From Phoronis australis (Eukaryota > Animalia > Phoronida): 64,000 nt of DNA. The translations under genes were made by a program, and so were the position numbers. The stretch covers positions 186,001 through 250,000 of the forward strand of contig NMRA01000210.1 in the NCBI GenBank assembly GCA_002633005.1, read 5' to 3'. The notes beneath the pieces are model-generated. The model was given only the letters and a program-made list of their open reading frames with translations, was not told the DNA's origin and ran no database searches. Position 1 is the first letter of the stretch. Every line of letters begins with the position of its first letter. Below are positions 24,420 through 36,559 of the stretch, in pieces.

Positions 24420-25575
24420 TCCTGTCGGACCTGTGAAGTCTTCGTCGGATGAGCACTCGTCTGAGTCGGCATTGCGAGTTGCCATGTTGACGTTTATTAT
24501 TGTGCGTTCTGTTCTTATCTGCCTGACCAATGCTCATATAAAACTGAAACAGAGTCTGTCTCATTAGGTACCATTTATAATGCTTTGGAGTTTTTGTGAG
24601 AGTAAATGTTTTGAGAAGCCTGCAATGAATAAATCACTACGTTACAGGCTCTAGATCCAATAAAGGTAATTGACCTGGCACCGAGGCCGTGTGAGCGCAT
24701 GCTAATTCAGTGTTTGCTGACACAACTGCTGTTGTGAAACAATAACTCATTTTTATATCCTATGGTCAGATGTTGGGGGAATCTTTATTTAGATATACAT
24801 ACACATTATTCGAATCATTGTTACTGAACAACTTTTGCCCTAACGGTTCTGTGGAAGTGGAATCTGACTTCGCAGCCCCCGACGAGTAAGTAGATTTGCA
24901 ATTTCGCAGCAAATTCACCAAAATATTCACGTGCACGTTATTTCTTTAGCTCATTAGAATTAGTTTAGTTTCCAACTTTGGCTGGTTTATGTTCGTGATG
25001 TCTTCAGTCTGGCCGCGACGGGCCTCTGATCGGGTTCCCAGCCAGTGGCCGGGATAACAAGCGTTTTGTGCGTTTAGAGACTGAAAAATCACAAGTCTAA
25101 AATTACAACACACGGCTATGTTCTCCATCTGTATTTCACGGAAGAATAATTCGAATTTATCATCGAACAGACCCCAAACTCCCGCGAAAGACCTTGGTAA
25201 ATTGGCCTACCGAACTTTGTAGGTACAATGTACGGTACGTTCAAATGCCCATAAATCCGTAACAGAGAAATAAAACAACACCGTTGTTCAACTGAGAATT
25301 CGGTGTATTTGTAAAGATTAGGAATCGAATTATGATGATTTATTGGTGTAAAACGATATATTCAACCGATAAGCTAACACCAGTAAACGTGTTGTGAACT
25401 GCTGAGCAGACCGCGTTCGAACCTCTGACGTCATTGGGTAATTTCAACACCTCCGTCCGCCGTCAGGGTAAAAGAAGTATACTTGATGTTATCGAGTGGG
25501 TCTACTCGATCATGGCCGGCGCCCCATAGGGGGCTAAGGGGCTATAGCCCCCCACTTTTTGGGTGGCATTCTCCT
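24420..25575 (-). mobile_element. Truncated inverted copy of the Kolobok family at 4258-5959
   Basis: Reverse-complement homology to ~4301-5450. Same hairpin at 25491-25511. TIR GGGTGGCATTCTCCT (25561-25575) followed by TTAA. Confidence 0.8.
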
Positions 25576-25642
25576 TTAAGATCTGTTCACACAATCTGTA
25601 AAATATTCTGTTCTCTCGTTTTAGGCAAAGGTCGTGTGGCAC

Positions 25643-28600
25643 CATAGATATTAGTAAAGAGATTCGCGACTCCGTGAAGTCTCGCGGCCTAACGCAAAAG
25701 TACGTGAGCAGGATTCAAAACTTCCGGTCTCATGGCTAAGCATAGTAACGAAGGGGAACTTTCGTTTTTATTTCACGCACGTCAAGCAAATTTTTGAGTT
25801 TGAAATTAATTTGTTGAGTTTAATGCAAACTAAATCGCGTATGCGAGCCATTCAAGTCGGATTATTGGTACGAAACGTGTCGGAATTAACTTGACAAGTT
25901 GTTGATCGGCCCGCTTGCTGGCACAGTTCAAACACGAATCGAGGAGTTTGGCTCAATGAAAAGGTTGAGCTAAATGGATAATTCTTTTCACCAGTTGAAT
26001 TCTCAGTCATTTACGATGAAATTTAGTTTGAATTTTGTGATTTTGTATGAATTTTGGATCGACCTAAATGCAGTTTCTCATTCGCCACTATGTTTACAAT
26101 ACATGTACATAAGCCATGGTTTACCAATATATCCAAATATTTTTAAAAATCGAAGTACTGCAGCACTTGAGAAGGGGATAAATTTTTAGTCGCTAAATGG
26201 CCGTTACTGAACCGATTTTAATGATGTGTATATCCAGGGGCGGATCCAGGATTTTGTGTTAGGGGGACCAGAGCAGAGTATTAGCCAGGATTTTGTCATT
26301 CAGACATTGGCACTCCCGATCTGCCAAATGGAATCTGGGGGAATTTTAGGGGGGGTGTAGCCCTCTTGGCCCCCCTCTATATACGCTATTGATGTCAAAC
26401 TGCTCAAAACATCTGCCTTAAGTGTACACTTTTATTTGTTTTTTTTTGATAAAAGTATGGGAAAATGTAGTTTTTTTAATTTAATGCCTTTTCAATTTCT
26501 AACCTGGAAAAATCCTGCAAGTGTACTCTTCCAAAAAAGGTAAATTCAGTCATTTTCAAGAACCATGCAGACCTTTCCAGGGTTAAAACTGAACTCAAAT
26601 TTGATTGGTCAAATGGATTAAACAGAACCAGTCAAAACTTCCCTAAATTACATAAAGTGACCTAAATTGATGAAATATTTTCATTATAACAGTACAGAAT
26701 ATTTTTAAAATTCAATTTAACTTCAGTTTTGGGGATAGATTCAGTCTATTTTCTTCAAAAATAATTTAGTTACATGTTTTTACCTTGTGGTGCTGTGATC
26801 AGTTTCATTTTTAAAAAATTATATTTTGCATTAAAATAATTGTCTATTCAAGGCTGCAGTACATCAAGACCGTTTAGAATACGAGTATGCTCTTTTTGGA
26901 TGGTCACTAACACAACGCCTCTCAATTCTTATATTATTTGACAGGAATGAAATTGATTTAAATTTCATTGAAATTTTATTGTCCAATTTAATTTTGTTTA
27001 ATTAAAAATGCACATGATCATTTTTATCATATGGTCCGTAACTTAAGATTGTGAAAACATTGATCTCACTTGGGGAAAAAAGAATAATTCGTATAACCTC
27101 AGAGATTTTTGAATAAATGACGAAATACTCTGAAAAAACTAGGTTTCTAGTTTTTTGCTATTTTTGAAATCATTTGTTACACCAATTTCATTTTTAGAAT
27201 TGTTTTGAAATATTTTGGAACAAAAGAAATATTTTCACCGATCCATGGTAATTCTTGAAGTGTTTTGTCGTTTTAAAAGTGGTTTAGTGACGATATGTTG
27301 TTAGCCTACATGTAAAGGACTCTATCTTGTTTTAGCAACACAGTAAGCTATGGATTCCCAAATATAGTTGTCTAAACTTGATATTTTTGTGGCCTGGAAT
27401 TTTTGGGTGCTATTTGCTGAAAAAAGGGCTATTTTTGAGGCTGCAAAAATTAAAAAAACTCGAAAATATATTTCAAAAATATATATAAATGGCTAAAGCT
27501 ACCATTTTAGACTATTGAAGTGTTTCTGATGAAATTTGTATTTTGCTTTGCTCTGACAGCTCTATTTTGTAAAACATAGTATGCAAAGGGTGTTTTTGTA
27601 TTGGTTCTCAGAAATGTATGCATCACTTTATGTAATGTTATGTTTTTTCCTCTTTGTTATTGTAAAAATCCCATTGCATATTCGTGTTGTCATTTTTCAC
27701 TTACCAATTATAAAGTAATGCAGGGGAATCCCAGACCCCTGTTACTTGCTCATTGGAACTGGGAAAATAAAAAAATGAAAAATGTCTATTTTGTGTGTTC
27801 TGTGCTATCTGATAACCACTAAAAATAAGGCTGACAGAACACCTTTCATAACCCGAGTCTTTACCTCTCATGTTCTCTATTTCAAATTTTGTGGTATTTT
27901 GTTTCAGTTGATGGTTTCATTTCATGTTATAACTTTTTTCTTCTGCAGGCAAAAATATAACACTTAAAACTGAATTCCCTTCACTGTGTATAAAGTGCAA
28001 AATCTTAATTTATAAAAAATATACTATACAAGTTTCCTTTCGAACATTCAATATCTGTTGGTGTCACAAAACCCTAAAGAAAATTACAGTGCCAACTGGT
28101 CCTTCCAAATTTTGACGTTTTCAATTCAATCGCTGGTTATCTCCACTACTCAATAGTGGCACTGATTCTGTTGTGGCAATTAAATATTCACGCTCAATGC
28201 GATACTGAAAATTAGCTCAGTTTTTTGTTTAAAAAACCATAGAAGAGTCCTGGGGGAAAGTTCACTTTCACAAAATCAGGTTCCAGTAACAACTCTTCGT
28301 TCCATATTACTTTATAGATATTCTATGTATTTGTAACATTTAGAGGATGTTCAGAAGGTGAAAGAGAGGAATAGACATTAGGTCTTAATGAGCATGCCCA
28401 CCTTCATAATCATAAGTATCACTTGCCAAGAAACTGTGGAGAATATGTCAACTCAGTCGACAAGGAGAGCATGATGTGCTGCTATTGAAAATATTGAGAG
28501 TCCTTTTTGATTACAATCACGAAGCCCATTTTGAATGAGCAGCAAACAGGGTCATGCTGCACTTGTTAGCGCGACATTCTTGTTACCCCCTCCATTTGTC

Positions 28601-29098
28601 AGTCTGTGCAGTATTTCACCGTGACACCTGCTGTGTACCATTGCATATTTGATTAGCTTTTACTTTGTGGTGGTATGACTGAGTCATTTTATTTCCACTT
28701 GATGAAACAAGTATTTTCGAAATATCATTTGTTGTCTCTTGGTCAGTTTCTTTACCAATGTTCTGACGATACGAACGGAATGGAATACGGATTGTTAACA
28801 GCAACAAGTGTCATGTATCGAACCAATTTTGCATAATCGTAGCTATGTTTAGAAGTTGCCTTACAATGTACTTTTGGCCTATGATAGTAGTGGCAGCAAG
28901 TTTTTGACACACAAGTTTTTGACACTCAAGTTTTGCAAATGATATGTCAATGTCAGTTAGCCTTTGGCCTTCCCCCTGGAACAAACTGTGTGTGAATTAC
29001 AAATATTTATTGTGTAACATTGTTACAAATTCATTTTTGTTGGTTAATACTTGTGCTTATGATTATGAGCTGATTTGTACGGTACTCAATTTAAACAA
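25643..29098. mobile_element. Insertion of at least 3.4 kb beginning CATAGATATTAG, absent from the alternate haplotype copy; superfamily unresolved
   Basis: The copies 24606-25642 and 29100-30135 agree up to ...gtcgtgtggcac and then diverge (catagat... versus gtccgt...). The right end is lost at N 29099. Confidence 0.55.
26236..26391 (+). mobile_element. Small hAT-like MITE; related partial copy at ~30638-30735
   Basis: Begins CAGGGGCGGATCCAGGATTTT and has a degenerate end (...tatatacgctattg). It shares gtattagc(c/a)aggattttg..catcagacatt.gcac with 30638-30735. Confidence 0.5.
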
Positions 29099-29099
29099 N

Positions 29100-30135
29100 A
29101 TGTTTTGAGAAGCCTGCAATGAATAAATCACTACGTCACAGGCTCTAGATCCAATAAAGGTAATTGACCTGGCACCGAGGCCGTGTGAGCGCATGCTAAT
29201 TCAGTGTTTGCTGACACAAAGCTGTTGTGAAACAATAAATCATTTTTATATCCTATGATCAGATGTTAGGGGAATCTTTATTTACATATACATACACATT
29301 ATTCGAATCATTGTTACTGTACAACTTTTGCCCTAACGGTTCTGTGGAAGTGGAATCTGACTTCGCGGCCCCCGACGAGTAAGTAGATTTGCAATTTCGC
29401 AGCAAATTCACCAAAATATTCACGTGCCTTTTATTTCTTTAGCTCATTAGAATTAGTTTAGTTTCCAACTTTGGCTGGTTTATGTTCGTGATGTCTTCAG
29501 TCTGGCCGCGACGAGCCTCTGATCGGGTTCCCAGCCAGTGGCCGGGATGAACAAGCGTTTTGTGCGTTTAGAGACTGAAAAAATCACAAGTCTAAAATTA
29601 CAACACACGGCTATGTTCTCCATCTGTATTTCACGGAAGAATAATTCGAATTTATCACCGAACAGACCCCAAACTCCCGCGACAGACCTTGGTAAATTGG
29701 CCTACCGAACTTCGTAGGTACAAGGTACGGTACGTTCAAATGCCCATAAATCCGTAACAGCGAAATAAAACAACACCGTTGTTCAACTGAGAATTCGGTG
29801 TATTTGTAAAGATTAGGAATCCAATTATGATGATTTATTGGTGTAAAACGATATATTCAACCGATAAGCTAACACCAGTAAACGTGTTGTGAACTGCTGA
29901 GCAGACCGCGTTCGAACATCTGACGTCATTGGGTAATTTCAACACCTCCGTCCACCGTCAGGTAAAAGAAGTATACTTGATGTTATCGAGTGGGTCTACT
30001 CGATCATGGCCGGTGCCCCAAGGGGGCTAAGGGGCTATAGCCCCCGCTTTTTTGGGTGGCATTCTCCTTTAAGATCTGTTCACACAATCTGTAAAATATT
30101 CTTTTCTCTCGTTTTAGGCAAAGGTCGTGTGGCAC
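29100..30135. other. Haplotype-overlap duplicate of 24606-25642, containing the Kolobok end at 30068
   Basis: Starts immediately after the single N at 29099. Near-identical to 24606-25642. Confidence 0.8.
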
Positions 30136-30759
30136 GTCCGTCTCGGAAAATGACGATCCCTACAGCGAGGTGTCTGTACAGATTGGGTGCATATGTTGTG
30201 TAATTGATCCCGAGTACGCGAGACCGTCACTGACAAACTACACAGAATCTGATACCGTCCCGTATTACTTAGTTAGATTTTATGGTATTCATTTCATATT
30301 AGCTAACTGAAACCTCAAAAACTAAGAAAATGCATGGTGGGAACTCTTATCTGTGATACCGTCGTGAATGTATATTTCCGCAACCTGTTGCACTTTCTGC
30401 CCCTGATAGCCATCATTAGCCAACGTCCTCAAATTTGCATTCGGGTTCAGGTGAGCGCTATTCAGTATACTACGATACCAAGAGACCACTGGTGGACTTG
30501 CAAAACTAGGCTGGTAGGTTATTTTTCTGATTGGTTTTTCCTTAGGAGGGCTGTAGCTGCTAATTTGGAAGCTTGTTTGCAGCGGTGACGTCTCAGAGGT
30601 GACGTTTAGCATGGGCAGGTGGAAATCACGTGATGTCCAGTGGAGGATCAAGGATTTTGAGTTAGAAGGGGGCAAGGCAGCGTATTAGCAAGGATTTTGC
30701 CCATCAGACATTCGCACCCCCGAAGTGCCAAATGTACGTGGACAAGCCTGCGTCCAGCA

Positions 30760-31135
30760 GAAGACAGACTTGCCTGGAGAGCGTACAGCAGCGGATCCTC
30801 CGTTTAGCAGTGATGCGGATACAGATATGTTTGGTCCATTTCATGTTACAGAAGGAAGTCTCACAAACATTACAACGTTATATTCACTTGTTTGTCCAGC
30901 AGACCTGTCCAATTTGAGATGGTTAATAGTTTGGAAACGGACAGTTTTAGTAATGCTCAATTTGCACCGTTTTCTTTGCAGACGAGTTCCGACCAGAAGT
31001 ATCCACACCGACAATGGTTCTAATTTTGTAAAAACAGAGCGCGAATTTAAAGTTGGCTTACGAGAAATGGATTCTGCTCGCATACACAAGTTTCTGCTTT
31101 CGGAAGGTATTGACTGAACTTTTAACCCACCGCAT
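30760..31135 (+). mobile_element. BEL/Pao integrase fragment
   Basis: DLPGERTAADPPFSSDADTDMFGPFHV...RFLCRRVPTRSIHTDNGSNFVKTERE...FLLSEGID*TFNPP. Confidence 0.8.
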
Positions 31136-33389
31136 TTGAAAGCGCTCTAACTGTTTTGAAAGTCAACTCCGTGAAGTAAATAACGCTAGGTGAACGTTTA
31201 ATTAGAACAGTGGGCCCTTTAAAAGATAGGCACTTCAGTAAGTACAGTCGTGTTTTCAATCAAGTTTGCGTTAAAAGGATACTGAACCCTGTTTTCGTGA
31301 TTTCAACCAGTCCTCGTTCTGTCACCTAGTAATGCATCATTGGCGTCAATCTTGAAAGATAAAAGGTGGAATCCACTAAAAAGTCATACCCCCTATCTCA
31401 CAAATTGGACATTATGGTCCTTGAAGGGTGGCATCTTCCCACTAGTTGCCGTGGTAATTCACTAAAAGCTAAGGTCAAGCTTGCCCGCTTAGCAGACTTT
31501 GGAATAAAAGGAGTTTTCAATTTTTTCTCCAAACTTTTGAGAGTCGTCTTCAGGGTCACACAGCATTATTTTGTTTCAGAGAGACGGAGGTACGCAAAAA
31601 AAAACAATCACGCTCGGGATCACGGCGCCACCTACTGTATCGTGTGCGCTATTCTAGTTCAGGGAGTCGAAATCCGTTACTTCAATCCGCCGACGTATAT
31701 TTTACATGCGTGAGGTTAAAATCGGTCCTTTGTGCAATAAGCACCCACTCCAGACTATTCAAAAATTTCGATTTTAACCGCTAATGCTCGGCTTACCGCC
31801 CACCCCCCTGTTTTTTAAATTTCCAATTCAAGCGCCCTGGACGGTAACCCGGACGAGTACGATAAATACACATGTACATGGATAACGTATCGGTGGTAGA
31901 GAGTTGGTTAAAAGATAAAAAATCAAATATGCAGCAGTGCTAACAGTGAACGAAACTTATGCGAGGTGACGCAAAAAATCGACGCTGTCTAAACAAAGAA
32001 ATATTAAGACACGGCACGAACACAGTTAATTAAAATTCGGAATGATGCCATCCCCCAATAATCTATGACACGTACGCCACTGAGAGGGCCAGAAATTGAT
32101 GTCGTGGGGTATGACGGAACGACACATCGGACGGATAATTGAAAAACGATCCAAATGGCACAAGAAAGGGGTCTGATGAGGACGAGTCCACAAACTCACA
32201 TATTAAACTAGCGAAATCTAATTTACGTTAGGCACATGTCCCGTAACGGATAAGACAGTGCTCAGCGAAGCTAAGTTTTCTGACTGAAGCAGTCACTTAC
32301 CATGAAGTTACAGGGGAAATACCAGTACCGGTACTACAAAATAGCATCTGGAAAGATGGGCATAGAAAAAGCACCAAAGATATGTCTCAGACAGCTCACG
32401 CCCCCGGAGGAGATGGCGAATGAAAAAAGTGGGTGGAATTGAGGCTTGTGTAGTGTCCTGAACCAAAGGCCCTCATCCAAATACCTCAACCTAATACTGG
32501 TGGCCAATCAAAGATAGTATTATTTGTATATTCAAAATAATGTTCCTGTCTATGATTAACATTTGTTCAAAACAGTTATATGTAGTATCATCGGCTGTTT
32601 ACAAGACCACAACCGTCCCAAAATACACTCTAAAAACAATAGACACACAGAAGATGAAATCCTCCAAATTAAAAGGATACCAAACCAGGTTTTGGACAGA
32701 TATAAAAACGATTTTCACACCCAGTTCTCTGATTATTAATGCTCTGTAACCACCGAAAACATTCAAAATTTTAGAGCAAAATTTGAAAAAGCCTTTCAAT
32801 AACTGCTAAACCGGCAAACGTGACCTATGCTTCAGGCAGCTACACCCAAACTGTTGTGAAAGATCACCTACTAAGAATCCCAATATCTTGTCTTGCTATT
32901 ATCACTCAAGTAGAATGCCAATGATGTGTTAGCAGGTGACTGAACGAGGATTGATTAAAATCTCCAAAACAGGGATTAGTATCCTTCTAACTCCAATTTG
33001 GGTAACCACTCAAGCCCACTTTTGTTTAAGGTAAGAGGTCTAGATTTTCAGACAGTCAAACAAGAGAAAGAAGGCAATTTCATCAAGTTCTTCAAACTGA
33101 GCAGTACAATAACTCCCTAGGGTCATAATACAGGCACCATTCTTGCTGATGACAAGGAAGCTTTTTTCAGAACATAACTCAGGAACATATTTCCATATAA
33201 GTTATCAATACCAGAGGAGGGAATGGTCGCGAAAGTCAATTTCTTACACACCTTAGACATTTAATAGAAATGTGTTCTTATAAAAAGACTATAAACTCTG
33301 GTTTCTGGATAGCAGCCATATAACTCAAAACTAAGTTATATCTTATTTCGAGACTACAACCGCAGATATCGGCCAACATCAGATCCTTG

Positions 33390-33805
33390 TCACATTGGCG
33401 TTGTCTTGACATAAGGAAGATGAACGTGCATATGAATGTGTGTACCATCACCACTTTGTCTAGACGCCTCGTCATAGCTAGGAGGCGAGTACATCGCAGG
33501 CCTAACTGCTGGTTTTGGGTGCAGTGAGACAGACAGATTGCTGTGTTCATGCGAGTCACCAACATCTGACACAAGTGAAGTACCATGCTCTCTATCACCA
33601 CTAACTGATTGTTGAGTGGCGCCATCTGATGGAGAAGCATGGTCTTCCACAGCCCTATTTTCGTAAACACATTCTACGGACTCATTCCTCTTTTGCTTCT
33701 TTTTCCATATTACCACAAGGAATACGAGGACAGCAATGATGACAATGGCAACTAAGGAGATAACAAGTGCTTGCCACTGAAACCACACGGGTAACCCCTC
33801 GTCAC
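33390..33805 (-). CDS. CUB-C-type lectin TM receptor, exon 8 (TM and cytoplasmic tail, stop)
   Basis: Acceptor tttgcAG at 33806-33807, phase 1. Encodes DEGLPVWFQWQ-ALVISLVAIVIIAVLVFLVVIW-KKKQK...VYENRAV...MYSPPSYDEAS...TTPM*. Confidence 0.85.
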
Positions 33806-34630
33806 CTGCAAAGGAGTGATATACAAACCATGTTAATACTTTTAACAATTACAACAAAAATAATCAAAATATTAACATTAGGAAGACAATACCAGAAAGT
33901 GAAAACTATTTTCTCTCATTTCAATGCATTTTCAAATGCGATTCAAAACATGCAGTTCAAGTTGTCAGCAATCCGATTTGGAGCCTGACTGAAGCATTGA
34001 ACATAACATGCTTTAATCCAATAAAGACACCTCTCCCTAGGCATTTACAGAACGCGAGCTAATCTCTACCATTGGATGCCACTAATGAGTAAAAACTATG
34101 ATTCTCTGACTACGCATTAATGCCAATCATTCATTTAAAAGACATATCTAGTTTGAAAGTTGAAAGCCCTGCTGATGCTCGTACAAAAGAGATGGAAATG
34201 GTCTTGGCCATCAAAGACAAACTCAATCTTATTCTCATGTTTCAGTTTGCCAGTACTTGCATATGTACACCATGTTTTAAAAATGTATAAAACAGTTATA
34301 CAACATCAACATCATGATCAAAGATAAACAATTAATTAAACGTCAGCTTGTAATTTATGATTGCTGATTTCTGGATTAAGAATAACTTGACTTAAAACAC
34401 ACTATTGTTATCCCCAGATTTGGTGCCAGTTTCAACAACAGAGTTTAGCTGTGAGTAGACTTTTCTTAGCAAGGAGCTCATCAAATGACACGAAAAGCTG
34501 TTGTCCAGTGCGATTACAGAATTACGGTCAAATTGATCTTAACATTTTAATTTTATGCAAAACTACAGAATGAAAGTGGCAATCACGAGTAAACGATCGA
34601 GCCTTAGGTACAACCAGTAGAGCAACTTTT

Positions 34631-35511
34631 GGTACAAGAGGACCCTGAATTATACATTAATTGTAGTGAGAGGTAAGTAAACCACCATGTCTAAATTTAT
34701 TTCATAGTTATTCAAATTTAAGAAGCAGTGACAAGCTACGGACACAAAAAGATAAAGAAAGTTAGATGTGAAGAGTTGGTGCTTGACAACTGTTGTTCCT
34801 ATTGCCACATCTATTTTCTTACCTCCCTTATCACTGTTGGTCATAGGCACTGGAAACACACGAGTGACCCCACCTGCAAAACGAGACGTAAAGACATCAA
34901 CGACCCCACGGGTACGTGATTATAAGAATAAAATGAGGAGAATGAAGATATCATTAATAGGCTGGAAAGCAAAGACAACCTGACTGAAGGTGATCTAACA
35001 ACTTTAGAAGAAAAAAAGACCAATTTACAAGAATTAAGAAGAGACACTTTGAAGGACTATGTTGCCCAATCAAGAGCAAACTGGATTGAAAGTGGAGAAC
35101 GCCCGACCAAATATTTCTGCAACTTAGAATCAAGGAATTTTTTTAGTAAATTGATATATGCTATAGAAACAGAAGAAGGAGAAACNGGTACAAGAGGACC
35201 CTGAATTATACATTAATTGTAGTGAGAGGTAAGTAAACCACCATGTCTAAATTTAGTTCATAGTTATTCAAATTTAAGAAGCAGTAACAAGCTACCGACA
35301 CAAAAAGATAAAGAAAGTTAGATGTGACGAGTTGGTGCTTAACAAGTGTTGTTCCTATTGCCACATCTATTGTCTTACCTCCCTTATCACTGTTGGTCAT
35401 AGGCACTGGAAACACACGAGTGACCCCACCTGCAAAACAAGACGTAAAGACATCAACCACCCTACGGGTATGTGATTATAAGAATAAAATGTGGAGAAAT
35501 AAGATATCATT
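34631..35511. other. Haplotype-overlap duplication across single N (35186)
   Basis: 34631-34955 is repeated at 35187-35511. 34952-35185 equals 36631-36864. Confidence 0.8.
34823..34873 (-). CDS. CUB-C-type lectin TM receptor, exon 7 (51-nt stalk); haplotype duplicate at 35379-35429
   Basis: ttttgcAG acceptor and GTAAG donor, phase 1-1. Encodes GVTRVFPVPMTNSDKG. The exon is identical in both copies while the flanking introns differ. Confidence 0.7.
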
Positions 35512-36559
35512 CTGAACCCAGGAATCACTTAGTCACTTAGCTGAAATTTGCCTCAAATAGTCCAGACATTTATCTTCTATGGACTTCATGATCGATTATG
35601 TTCAGACACTTGCTCATGAAATATCAGGTTTTTGGAAACAAAACACTTCTGAATTTTAGTGAAACTTGACCAGGACAGTAGTGTACCAACATAATTTTTT
35701 ATACATTTTTTGGCCAGACAATAATACAAAGCCAGTCTGAGGATGGGCGCCTCAAACAGACCTGGCTTTAACAAAAGTATGTAATATTACCCAATAAATA
35801 TATTCGACAATAAAATGTAACTGGAAAGAGGAGTAGGTGAAGGACTTTCCTGCGCACACACTCACGCGGTGCTGATATGATGTCTTGTGAAATTATATGC
35901 TATATAAATACATACATACATATAAAAATTATAACAGTAAAACTTTGATTATTTCTAGAATACTAATTAAAAGCATGCATGCAAACCTCTCCATTTATCC
36001 ACACTTGTGTCCGGGGTATCTGTTAAATTGTGTTTAAAGCCTAAACGTTTGTAACTTCAACTTGAAATTGTTAAAAAAAGAGTCACTTTTCTAACACTGT
36101 TGTTTGATAAATGACTAAGTAAAGTGCAAGTGTATAATTTAATGGTATTGCAAATTAATTTGTGATTGGATTAGAGTTTAGAACAAAATCAAACATGTCC
36201 CAAATCGTAAACATGCATTGAGGTGCAATAATAAAACATGTGGAGTAAAGTCTGTAACTCATTACAATAGGGGCACTTATCAGTTTGGACCACCCCTATT
36301 TTGTATAAAGTGATACTTGTAAATATTCTTCTATGGGTAAAGAGGTACCTGAAGTTCTTTAATTCAGGATTTATGGGAAGGCTAAAGGGTAAAAAATAAA
36401 TTTCTCTGGTTTGTTTTTCATTTTAATAATTACTTTAACACAGATAATTGTTGGGTTTCTGTGCAAAAGTATGTATAGTACAATTTTTAAACCAATCTTT
36501 ACTACAACTATTACAATTAATCAAATGGAAGTTGTTACAACCAATAGATCTTGTTTCTT

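Noticed and set aside
32173-32196. Hammerhead ribozyme (CTGATGA-GGAC-ga-GTCC)
   Set aside because: The required GAAA after stem II is ACAAA, and I found no convincing stems I and III.
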